A DNA stretch of 64,000 nucleotides from Clostridiales bacterium. GTDB lineage: Bacteria > Bacillota > Clostridia > Christensenellales > Aristaeellaceae. The DNA lies in contig SVGJ01000005.1 of NCBI GenBank assembly GCA_015056415.1, positions 1,845-65,844 of the forward strand. The letters are read 5' to 3'. The notes beneath the pieces were generated by a model. The model was not told the origin of the DNA, did not search any database, and was given only the letters and a program-made list of their open reading frames with translations. The position numbers and the translations under genes were made by a program. Positions 52,384 to 60,018 of this stretch are shown piece after piece (within the stretch, counting starts at the first letter, position 1; every line of letters starts with the position of its first letter).

Positions 52384-52859
52384 AGGTACTTCCCCTTATC
52401 CAGTCCCAGGTAATCACAAATCACCTCGGCCGCCATCTCCCATCCCCGGGCCAGGGCGCAGCAGTAGCCTTGCTTTTGCAGTGTCTCCATCCACGCCACC
52501 TGGTCAGGCGATACCCGGCCTCCCTTCTGGCGTTTCAGCTCAATGTACAGCCCATGGCAGCCGTTTTTCGCCACAGGGAGAAACAGGTCAGGCACACCAG
52601 CTTTAACCCCCGCAGCTTTCATCCTGGCCGCCTCACTCTTGGATCTCAGTCCGCCATTGGGGATCGCATGCAACAGCAGCAGTTCCGGCGTTGTGGATGC
52701 CCAATTCTCCGTCCAGCGGAAAAGCTGGATCTGCTCAACCTCTTCTAACGGGCAATCCGCCTCTCCCTTCGGCACTCTCTTACCCCTTACGGGTGCGTAT
52801 CGCAATGCTGGCAAACTCACACACCTCCGCTCCCAGCGCTCCAGCCATAATGTCCGCAA
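52380..52859 (-). CDS. VRR-NUC domain nuclease
   Basis: HAIPNGG...GVPDLFL...GLYIELK motifs; the true start is probably downstream of 52859. Confidence 0.8.
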   Translation of the reverse strand: MRTLWLERWERRCVSLPALRYAPVRGKRVPKGEADCPLEEVEQIQLFRWTENWASTTPELLLLHAIPNGGLRSKSEAARMKAAGVKAGVPDLFLPVAKNGCHGLYIELKRQKGGRVSPDQVAWMETLQKQGYCCALARGWEMAAEVICDYLGLDKGKYL

Positions 52860-53553
52860 GCCGCTGCGTCACAGGCTCCCCGGCCTCGATCTTCTGCCAC
52901 AGCGTACACATGCGGCGACTGGGCATCCTCTCATCCTCACCATGCATCCACATAGCACGTGCCAGTTGCAGCCTGTTCATGTTCCGTCTGCGCATGAGTT
53001 CCTCCACCTCATGCTTGTTGATCAGATACATGATCTCCATCTGGCCCTTCTGGGGCTTTTTTGTCCGCAGCACATCCGCCTGCACACCCAGCTCCGCCGC
53101 TATGTCCCGGATGATTTCCTCGCGCCGCTCCGGCTGGCAACAGTTCACGTTGCGCAGTTCCGTATGCGCTGCGTAAAAATCCCGCTGTGGAATTCCTTGC
53201 TCAAGCAGCAGCTGCAAAAGAGCCTCCCGGTTCATCCACGCAGCTTCGGGTTCTTCTGCCTTGCAGCGCATATGTTTGTACCACATCGGATCTACATCGA
53301 TGGGCTTGTACGGCAGCTTCTTCGCGTCCCAGGATGTTTTGTCCAGCGGTTTGCCCAACTGCCTGGTCTCCTCCTGGGTCAGCTTCAGCCCTTTCCCCGC
53401 CTTCAAAGCCAGCTGGGGCAGCGTAACGCCGCCCCCCAGCAGAATCTCAAAGGTCATTCGGCTCAGACCGCTGGCCTTCAGCGCCTGCTCGTCTGTCAGA
53501 CCCCTTTGGCGGATCATCGCCCGCAGTGGCGACAGCATCTCCCTCGTCTGCAT
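52780..53553 (-). CDS. HTH-containing phage early protein
   Basis: 257 aa; GAAGGAGG RBS before ATG 53553; two HTH-like segments (LTDEQALKASGLSRMTF, MNRLQLARAMW). Confidence 0.6.
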   Translation of the reverse strand: MQTREMLSPLRAMIRQRGLTDEQALKASGLSRMTFEILLGGGVTLPQLALKAGKGLKLTQEETRQLGKPLDKTSWDAKKLPYKPIDVDPMWYKHMRCKAEEPEAAWMNREALLQLLLEQGIPQRDFYAAHTELRNVNCCQPERREEIIRDIAAELGVQADVLRTKKPQKGQMEIMYLINKHEVEELMRRRNMNRLQLARAMWMHGEDERMPSRRMCTLWQKIEAGEPVTQRLADIMAGALGAEVCEFASIAIRTRKG

Positions 53554-53737
53554 ACCGTACCTCCTTCAGCATCTCTCTGATCACCATGCACCGCTCCCGT
53601 GCTTCCGCCCAAGGCCGCTCATATCCATCCTTCGGCTCCAGCAGGCTTTCGCTGCGGGAAAACATACGCTGCAGCGCCTCCTGCATCACCAGGCACTCGC
53701 TCAACGCCCGGTACCGGGCCAGCTGTTTGTCACTCAT
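53447..53737 (-). CDS. Hypothetical phage protein (3' end overlaps the next gene out of frame)
   Basis: 96-aa ORF; the last ~35 codons overlap the 52780-53553 gene. Confidence 0.4.
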   Translation of the reverse strand: MSDKQLARYRALSECLVMQEALQRMFSRSESLLEPKDGYERPWAEARERCMVIREMLKEVRYADEGDAVATAGDDPPKGSDRRAGAEGQRSEPNDL

Positions 53738-54245
53738 GGCCGGCCACCAGATACTTCGCCCGGATGAAGCCGCAGCTGGTCACTGCCCACTCGCCCGCCA
53801 GCATGTGCACCTCCACCTCCGCACCCGGCTGAATCCACATCTTGCATTCTCCGCCCATACCTTCACGCACAGCCACCCGGCCATTGGCCACCACCGTCCA
53901 CACAGCGCCGCCACAGGCTGTCGGCTCTTCGTCGCTCAGGTAATTCATGCAGATCCAGCCCTCGCTCTGCTCCAACGGAAGGTCGATGATGTGATACCAG
54001 CCATTCTCCGTGTAGGCGTCTGCTGTCAGCTGCTGACCATCCAACACCCTGCCGATCACCGTAGCGCCAAGGCTGGGCCGCGTCCGCACGCACACCCAGC
54101 TGCCCGGCTGGCATACCGCCCAACAGCTCCAGGTGTCATCCTCGGCATATGCCGTCTGGATGGCCATGCCCCAGCAGTAGGCAGCCAGAACCGCCAGCAC
54201 CGCAATCAGCACCCACAGCAGCGCAACCTTCACTTTCTTACACAT
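53730..54245 (-). CDS. Membrane-anchored protein with two SH3b-like segments
   Basis: N-terminal TM VALLWVLIAVLAVLAAY; VCVRTRPSLGATVIGRV...NGWYHI SH3b-like pattern. Confidence 0.6.
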   Translation of the reverse strand: MCKKVKVALLWVLIAVLAVLAAYCWGMAIQTAYAEDDTWSCWAVCQPGSWVCVRTRPSLGATVIGRVLDGQQLTADAYTENGWYHIIDLPLEQSEGWICMNYLSDEEPTACGGAVWTVVANGRVAVREGMGGECKMWIQPGAEVEVHMLAGEWAVTSCGFIRAKYLVAGHE

Positions 54246-54669
54246 GATATTTCGCAGCCTCCTCCGGTTCGGTCACCAGCAGCGTGGCCAGCAGAATGTG
54301 ATGCTCAGCCCACAGCCTGTACTCCGCTTCATCCTTGTCTTGCAGCTTCTTGGTTGCCACAGCGCATTCAGCCTGCTTCTTCCCCCAGTCCTCCCACAGA
54401 CACGCATTCACATCACGCTGATGCAGCAGCTCGTCGGTCAGCTCGTCCACCAGCTTCGAAAGGCCCTCGTTCTCCTTCACCAAGGCTTCAATGCACTCGT
54501 CCTGCTTGGCATGCCTCACCTCATAGCTGCCAATCAGCTCCTCCTTCCTGCTCTCAGCCAATTCAAGCTCTTCACGCAGCTTGGCGTTCGCATTCAGAAC
54601 CAGCTTCCGCTCCGTGCGCCAGTAATACAGGTCGGCCAGGTAGTTCTTGATCTTCTTCCAGATGCTCAT
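54238..54669 (-). CDS. Hypothetical coiled-coil phage protein
   Basis: 143 aa, heptad-rich, overlaps its neighbours by 4-8 nt. Confidence 0.55.
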   Translation of the reverse strand: MSIWKKIKNYLADLYYWRTERKLVLNANAKLREELELAESRKEELIGSYEVRHAKQDECIEALVKENEGLSKLVDELTDELLHQRDVNACLWEDWGKKQAECAVATKKLQDKDEAEYRLWAEHHILLATLLVTEPEEAAKYHV

Positions 54670-54848
54670 TGTGCTTGCTCCTCCTTCATTTTCTTATCCC
54701 GTTCGGCCTTCCAGGCCTGAAACTCCGCCTCCACCGCCGGATTCTTGAACGCCTCGCGGATCGTCCCCAGCAAGTGCCGGGCCAGCGGCTGCAGGTTGAT
54801 CTGGTCAACCTGCACATACTCAACCTCTGTGTGGAACGTGGTTTCCAT
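54666..54848 (-). CDS. Hypothetical small phage protein
   Basis: 60 aa, GAAGGAG RBS. Confidence 0.5.
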   Translation of the reverse strand: METTFHTEVEYVQVDQINLQPLARHLLGTIREAFKNPAVEAEFQAWKAERDKKMKEEQAQ

Positions 54849-54868
54849 CGCTACGGCTCCTTCTGTTG

Positions 54869-54884
54869 CGTTTACGAAACTTTT
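54869..54884. promoter_or_regulatory. Operator-like site (16-nt copy of CGTTTACGAAACTTTT)
   Basis: Identical 16-mer also at 55154-55169; contains the dyad GTTT-ACG-AAAC. Confidence 0.5.
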
Positions 54885-55087
54885 ACATCAAAAAAAATCT
54901 CGCCCATCTTCTGCTTGTCCAGATGTAAGCAGGCACAAATGCCGAGAATCTCTTTGCGATAGAAGTCAGATTGACCATTCATTTTTCGATAGAAAGCAGC
55001 CTTGCTAATGCCAATCTGCTTGGCGATAGCCTCCACACTTGTTTTTTGCAGCGCCACTTCCGCCATGAACACTTCACGCTTGAACAT
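54872..55087 (-). CDS. Cro-like HTH regulator (first gene of the lytic early operon)
   Basis: HTH TSVEAIAKQIGISKAAFYRKMNG; AAGGAGG RBS before ATG 55087; divergent from the repressor. Confidence 0.7.
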   Translation of the reverse strand: MFKREVFMAEVALQKTSVEAIAKQIGISKAAFYRKMNGQSDFYRKEILGICACLHLDKQKMGEIFFDVKVS

Positions 55088-55105
55088 CAGATGCCCTCCT
55101 TCCGT

Positions 55106-55169
55106 GTTTCGTTTCCGAAACCATGTTATCATATTCAAATTTCCATGTCAATACGTTTACGAAACTTTT
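55106..55169 (-). promoter_or_regulatory. Early lytic promoter with flanking operator dyads
   Basis: Minus strand TTGACA (55146-55151), 17-nt spacer, TAACAT (55123-55128); dyad GTTTCGTTTCCGAAAC at 55106-55121 and GTTTACGAAAC at 55155-55165. Confidence 0.55.
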
Positions 55170-55244
55170 TTCTTGTTTTTGTCTTTTGGTGTTGCATATT
55201 TGCAACTTATATGGTATCTTTACAGTAACAACAGGAGGTACACT

Positions 55245-55619
55245 ATGGAGTTCAAAGATTTAGTCCGCCTTAGGCGGCAGGAGCTTGGCCTCACCCTTGA
55301 CGATGTGGCCAAGGCCGTTGGCGTTGGTAAGGCCACGGTGCAGCGCTGGGAAAGTGGCAACATCAACAACCCTCGCCGTGATAAAATCGCTCGTCTCGCA
55401 CAGGTTCTCGGCATTTCTCCCATGGAGCTTGTGGATGCCGCCGACATGGCTGCTTCTCAGGCACCCGATACCGAATACATCCGCGAGATCAGCGAAGCCC
55501 TCCAGCACAACCCCAAGCTCGGTCTGCTCTTCGACCGCAGCCGGAAAATGAGCGAGAGCGACCTGGATGCCATTCTCGGCATCGCTGCCGCCATCCTGAA
55601 GGAGCGTGACCCGGAGTGA
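55245..55619 (+). CDS. XRE-family phage repressor (ImmR/CI-like)
   Basis: LTLDDVAKAVGVGKATVQRWESG HTH; AGGAGG RBS; divergent from the cro-like gene. Confidence 0.85.
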   Translation: MEFKDLVRLRRQELGLTLDDVAKAVGVGKATVQRWESGNINNPRRDKIARLAQVLGISPMELVDAADMAASQAPDTEYIREISEALQHNPKLGLLFDRSRKMSESDLDAILGIAAAILKERDPE

Positions 55620-55834
55620 CCGCCAAAGCCTACATGGAAACACATGGCATTCGCGTCATTCCCCAGGATCTCCCCTGCTCCGTCCGAGGTTTTGTCGTAA
55701 AGGATGACTTGGACGGTTACTGCATCATCGTCAACACCCGCCACACCCGCGAACAGCAACAGCGCACCATCCGCCATGAGCTGGCCCACATCCAGCGCGG
55801 TGAGGTCGGGAATCCACTCTACACAGAATACTGA
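55616..55834 (+). CDS. Minimal ImmA/IrrE-like metallopeptidase (72 aa)
   Basis: HELAH (HExxH) near the C-terminus; GTGA overlap with the repressor stop. Confidence 0.6.
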   Translation: MTAKAYMETHGIRVIPQDLPCSVRGFVVKDDLDGYCIIVNTRHTREQQQRTIRHELAHIQRGEVGNPLYTEY

Positions 55835-55846
55835 GGAGGCATACTA

Positions 55847-56056
55847 ATGAGGATAATAATGGTTGATCTAACCGAGTTTCTCATATGCGTCGGTGTTTTC
55901 TTAGGTATCATCCTTGTTTCCGAATTGAAGAATAAAAAAGAAACCGTTTCAGATAGTGTTGACGAGGAAGCCAAAGCGTATTATCGCGGCGGATATATAG
56001 AAGGTTATCGGGAAGGGCAGATTCTCGCCCGTGCAGCGCGTTCGAAGGAGGATTGA
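55847..56056 (+). CDS. Small single-pass membrane protein (paralog 1)
   Basis: TM FLICVGVFLGIILV; GAGGAGG RBS; lysogeny operon. Confidence 0.6.
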   Translation: MRIIMVDLTEFLICVGVFLGIILVSELKNKKETVSDSVDEEAKAYYRGGYIEGYREGQILARAARSKED

Positions 56057-56059
56057 CAC

Positions 56060-56287
56060 ATGAGCATTCAATGGTTCCATGTCCCTCTTGTCATCATTGA
56101 CCTTACGCTCGTCATTCTCCTTATCGGCAGCTCCTCTATGCGTCGCAAGCTGCGCAACAATGCGTTCCAACTATTCTACAAAACCTGTTCGCAACGCGGC
56201 TATCTTCAAGGCATACGCGACGCTATCAACGGCAAACCGCTTGACGAAAGCAACATCCCCGCTCCTTCTTTTTCGGAGGAGATATAA
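56060..56287 (+). CDS. Small single-pass membrane protein (paralog 2)
   Basis: TM VPLVIIDLTLVILLIG; AAGGAGGA RBS; shares the RGGY[IL].G.R[ED] motif with paralog 1. Confidence 0.6.
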   Translation: MSIQWFHVPLVIIDLTLVILLIGSSSMRRKLRNNAFQLFYKTCSQRGYLQGIRDAINGKPLDESNIPAPSFSEEI

Positions 56288-56302
56288 TTCAGAGGTGATC
56301 CC

Positions 56303-57880
56303 ATGCCCCGTATCAAACGCCCTCCCGCCCCCACGCAAAAGCTGGCCGTGGCCTATGCCCGGTACTCCAGCCATAACCAGCGCGATGTGTCCATCGAGCA
56401 ACAGCTACAAGACATTCGCGCCTATGCCGAGCGCGAGGGATATACCATCATCCATACCTATGCAGACCATGCCCTCTCCGGCTTCAAGGAGGCAGAGAAG
56501 CGAAAGGAGTTCCAGCGCATGGTCTCCGCAGCCTCCACCGGGCAGTTTCAATACATCATCGCCTGGAAGGTTGACCGCATCGCCCGAAACCGCGAGCAGG
56601 CCGCCATCGTCAAAGGCCGCCTCCGAAAAAACGACGTAAAGATCATCTACGCCCGCGAATCCATCCCCGAAGGGGCAGCCGGCGTCCTGTTGGAGGGCAT
56701 GCTGGAAACCACCGCCGAGTGGTATTCTGCCAACCTCTCCGAGAATGTCAAACGCGGCATGTACGATAACGCCCGCAAGTGCATGGCCAATGGTATGCGC
56801 GCTCTGGGCTACCGCCCTGGACCCGATGGACGCTTCGTTCTGGTCCCGGAGGAGGTCGCCATCGTGCAGGAGATTTTTTCGCTCTACGATAGCGGCACGC
56901 CCGTGAAGAACATTATCGACATCATGAACCAGCGCGGGCTAAAGACTTCCCGCGGCAATCCGTACAGCAGAACCTCCCTTGTCAAGCTCCTGCGAAACGA
57001 ACGGTACACCGGTGTCTACCTTTTCCGCGAGATCCGCATTGAGGGTGGTATGCCCCAAATCATCGAGAAAGATTTATTTGAAAGGGTGCAAAAACGCATG
57101 GATGCTTCCCAACGCCGCCCCAATGCCAACGTTGCACAGTTTCCCCTCACCGGGAAGCTCTACTGCGGCCATTGCGGCGAAGCCATGACCGGGGATTCCG
57201 GGAAATCCGCCCACGGCGGCATCTATTACTACTACACCTGCTTCGGCAAGAAACGCCGTCTGCACGGCTGCCACAAGCGTTCCGTCCGCTGCGACATGAT
57301 CGAGAAGTACCTGGCCGATGTCATCTGCACCCAGATCCTCACCGATCAGAACATTCAGCTACTGGCTGATGCTGTCGTTGCCGAGGCAAAAGCCACCGAG
57401 GATCATTCCATCCTGGCCTCTATGCAAGCCCAGCTGGCCGAAACCCAGAAGCAGATCCGCAACATCAACAGCGCAATCGCCCATGGCATCTTCACCGCCT
57501 CCACCCGTGATATGCTTCTCTCCCTGGAGGCCGATGAACAATCCCTCCAGGATGCCATCGCTGTCACCAGCTACGCCCGCTCCGAGGTTGTAGACCATGA
57601 CCGTGTTGTGTTCTGGCTCTCCAAATTCAAAAAAGGTGACCGCGCCGATCCCCTTTTTCTCTCCCGCCTGTTCGATACCTTCCTAAACGCCGCTTACCTC
57701 TACGATGACGGCCGTCTCCGGATCTGTATCAACACCCTTTCCGAGGAAACCACCGTCACCTTCCAGGAACTCTCCGAAGCCTTCTCCGGTTCGGATTTAG
57801 AACCGTCTGGTAGACTTGAAGAAGCGACTTGCATATGCAAGTCGCTTCTTGTTGTTTACTCAACCGCCTCAAAGGAATAG
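56303..57880 (+). CDS. Large serine recombinase (phage integrase)
   Basis: N-terminal resolvase domain YARYSSHNQ...VDRIARN, recombinase domain, zinc ribbon CGHCG...CFGKKRRLHGC, coiled coil; 525 aa. Confidence 0.9.
   Translation: MPRIKRPPAPTQKLAVAYARYSSHNQRDVSIEQQLQDIRAYAEREGYTIIHTYADHALSGFKEAEKRKEFQRMVSAASTGQFQYIIAWKVDRIARNREQAAIVKGRLRKNDVKIIYARESIPEGAAGVLLEGMLETTAEWYSANLSENVKRGMYDNARKCMANGMRALGYRPGPDGRFVLVPEEVAIVQEIFSLYDSGTPVKNIIDIMNQRGLKTSRGNPYSRTSLVKLLRNERYTGVYLFREIRIEGGMPQIIEKDLFERVQKRMDASQRRPNANVAQFPLTGKLYCGHCGEAMTGDSGKSAHGGIYYYYTCFGKKRRLHGCHKRSVRCDMIEKYLADVICTQILTDQNIQLLADAVVAEAKATEDHSILASMQAQLAETQKQIRNINSAIAHGIFTASTRDMLLSLEADEQSLQDAIAVTSYARSEVVDHDRVVFWLSKFKKGDRADPLFLSRLFDTFLNAAYLYDDGRLRICINTLSEETTVTFQELSEAFSGSDLEPSGRLEEATCICKSLLVVYSTASKE
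57819..57850. terminator. Perfect 32-nt palindrome (14-bp stem hairpin), likely bidirectional terminator at the prophage/host junction
   Basis: AAGAAGCGACTTGCATATGCAAGTCGCTTCTT followed by GTTGTTT on the plus strand; just past the stop of the convergent SH3b gene. Confidence 0.55.
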
Positions 57881-58524
57881 GTGACCTGCCAGGTCGCGAT
57901 TTTTCCTTTGTGTTTACCGCTGTTCTCCATCACCTTGACGGTCTGTGTGATGGCAAAGCCGTTCTGCACTTCTTCCTCAGTTGGAATATACACCAGTTTC
58001 TCCGTCCCTGTATCAGGTTTGCTGTCCCTTTCCCGGATGCGGGAGTATACAGTAAGCTCGACCTCAGGTGCGACATACGCTTCCATTTTGCCGTCCACAA
58101 CCTGGAGGCCATTCCATTCGTAGTACTGCGTCCAGTTTTTGCCCACACCATTGAAGTTGCCGCAAGTAGCCGTGATTGTCATCTTCGTGAGCACGCCATC
58201 AGGGCTTTCTTCTGCTGCCTTAATGCGCGCAATCTCCGGTACACAAAGATAATCTGACAAAATATACCCCTTTTTACCCTTGGGTGTTTCCACCTGATAC
58301 CAGATATCCCCATTCTTCTTGACAACTTCTTCGAGAACGGTAACAACTTCCCCCTTGTCCAGCTCAGCAACCTTCTTGCCTGATGTGCTGGAGGTTTTCC
58401 GCACACGGACGCTCATGGCATTTACGGTGCCTTCGCAGGGATATTCCACTGCAAACGCAGATGCGCAAACCATGCATACCAACACGATCATCAGAAATGC
58501 TGCAAACAAACGTTTCATTTTCAT
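57856..58524 (-). CDS. Secreted SH3b-domain protein
   Basis: Signal peptide MKMKRLFAAFLMIVLVCMVCASAFA; VRVRKTSSTSGKKVAELDKGEVV...WYQV SH3b pattern; GAGGAG RBS. Confidence 0.7.
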   Translation of the reverse strand: MKMKRLFAAFLMIVLVCMVCASAFAVEYPCEGTVNAMSVRVRKTSSTSGKKVAELDKGEVVTVLEEVVKKNGDIWYQVETPKGKKGYILSDYLCVPEIARIKAAEESPDGVLTKMTITATCGNFNGVGKNWTQYYEWNGLQVVDGKMEAYVAPEVELTVYSRIRERDSKPDTGTEKLVYIPTEEEVQNGFAITQTVKVMENSGKHKGKIATWQVTYSFEAVE

Positions 58525-58644
58525 TCTCTCCTCAAAGCGCATCTTTTTTGTATTGTAGCACGCTTCGCTCAGGCATGCAATACCTCTGCCTTCCATTGCA
58601 TACCCCGCGCTCATTCTGTCAATCCTACCGCAGAGGTGAGCGTG

Positions 58645-59994
58645 ATGGAGGATTTTCCTTTATGGGAGCAAGGCATCCGGCCTGAATTCCCACAGCTGAA
58701 GGGAGCCGTGCAGGCGGATGTGGCGATCGTTGGCGGTGGACTGACCGGAGCGACCTGCGCGGCTATGCTGGCTGCCGCAGGGGCGAAGGTCGTGCTGCTG
58801 GAGGCCCGCAGGCTGGGCCGTGGCGCCTCGTGGAACTGCACGGGGAAGGTCACAAGCCAGCTCGTGGGCATTTATCAAACCATAGCCGAAAAAGCCGGTA
58901 TGGATGCCGCAGGCGCTTACGCCCGGCTCATGCGCGAGGCTGTCACAGGCGTACGGGAGCTTTGTGCGCGGCTGAACGTGCCCACACAGGAGCAAAGTGT
59001 CTACGTATTCGCCGAAACTATCGATGATCTGCCTGCGCTGAACAAATTGCATCGGCTTGAATCCCGTCTCGGTCTTCCCGTGACAGAGGCGACCGATGCA
59101 GGCGGCTGCCCTTTCCCAGTGGAGCTTTCACTGGTGATGCACAAGCAACTGCTGCTCGCGCCCCTGCCGTATCTGTTGTCGCTTGTCGCCAGCGCCGAAA
59201 AGAACGGCGGCGTCATCTACGAGCATTCCCCTGTACGTGCGGTGGAAGGCCGACGCGTGCTGACTGAAAATGGCGCCGTAAAGGCAGAGACTATCCTGCT
59301 CGCCACCGGCTCGCCCGCAGGGTGCACTTCCCTGCCCCGCCTTGCTATGCTGCAGCAGCGCACCTGTCAGACTGTCGTACTGGAGGGCGGCCCGCCGCTG
59401 CTGGCCAGTCACCTTTCCGTGCAGCCGGATGAGCTCACCCTGCGTCCCACGCACACCGGAGCTCTGCTGGCCTGGGATCTGGGCCGCACCGGCACCAGGG
59501 AGCACCCCGGCCGCCAGCTGATTCTCCAGCGTACACTGCGGGCGTTGCTGCCCGATATGCGCGTGATTGAAAGCTACATCCGCCAGGATGTTTGGAGCGG
59601 CGACGGCTTGCCCCTGATCGGCCCTGTGAAGCCCAAGCACAGTCATATCCTGATGGCTACAGGCTACAGCGGCTGGGGCGTGTGCAACAGCTACCTTGCC
59701 GCGAAGATCCTGACTGCTCAGCTTTCGGGCCGTCCCCTGGCGGATGCAGGTCTGTTCCGGCCGGACAGGGCTTCGCCCAAGCTGATGGAAGGCATGCGGA
59801 TCGCCGGAGCCTACCTGGGCGGCGCCGGTCGAATCGGCGCGCCCACCTGTACCCATATGCTGGGCAAGCTCCGGTTTGATCCCGAGTCGCAGCGCTGGGA
59901 ATGCCCCTGTCATGGCTCCACCTTCACAGCACTTGGCGAAACGCTGGATGGCCCTGCCATCCACGACGCGCAGGTTTCCGCCAGGCAGCGGTAG
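58645..59994 (+). CDS. FAD-dependent oxidoreductase with C-terminal Rieske [2Fe-2S] domain
   Basis: VAIVGGGLTGATCA dinucleotide fold; CTHMLG...CPCHGSTF Rieske motif. Confidence 0.85.
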   Translation: MEDFPLWEQGIRPEFPQLKGAVQADVAIVGGGLTGATCAAMLAAAGAKVVLLEARRLGRGASWNCTGKVTSQLVGIYQTIAEKAGMDAAGAYARLMREAVTGVRELCARLNVPTQEQSVYVFAETIDDLPALNKLHRLESRLGLPVTEATDAGGCPFPVELSLVMHKQLLLAPLPYLLSLVASAEKNGGVIYEHSPVRAVEGRRVLTENGAVKAETILLATGSPAGCTSLPRLAMLQQRTCQTVVLEGGPPLLASHLSVQPDELTLRPTHTGALLAWDLGRTGTREHPGRQLILQRTLRALLPDMRVIESYIRQDVWSGDGLPLIGPVKPKHSHILMATGYSGWGVCNSYLAAKILTAQLSGRPLADAGLFRPDRASPKLMEGMRIAGAYLGGAGRIGAPTCTHMLGKLRFDPESQRWECPCHGSTFTALGETLDGPAIHDAQVSARQR

Positions 59995-60018
59995 CCGGCA
60001 TAAGGATACATAGCGCAC

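Larger units (their letters stand above)
17116..57818. mobile_element. Integrated prophage (~40.7 kb, short-tailed-phage-like gene set, serine integrase)
   Basis: Contiguous lysis, structural, packaging, replication/modification and lysogeny modules; integrase at the right end; ends estimated from a dyad motif at 17121-17136 and 57787-57805. Confidence 0.85.

Noticed and set aside
55245-55834. XRE protein plus small HExxH protein as a toxin-antitoxin pair
   Set aside because: The divergent cro-like gene, the operators and the adjacent integrase fit a phage ImmR/ImmA-type immunity module better.
17116-57818. Reverse transcriptase, DGR, retron, CRISPR-Cas or a known multi-gene defence system (CBASS, Thoeris, Gabija and similar) inside the prophage
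   Set aside because: No ORF shows RT (YxDD), Cas, cyclase, TIR, SIR2 or OLD-family signatures on visual inspection. This is a negative result by eye only.
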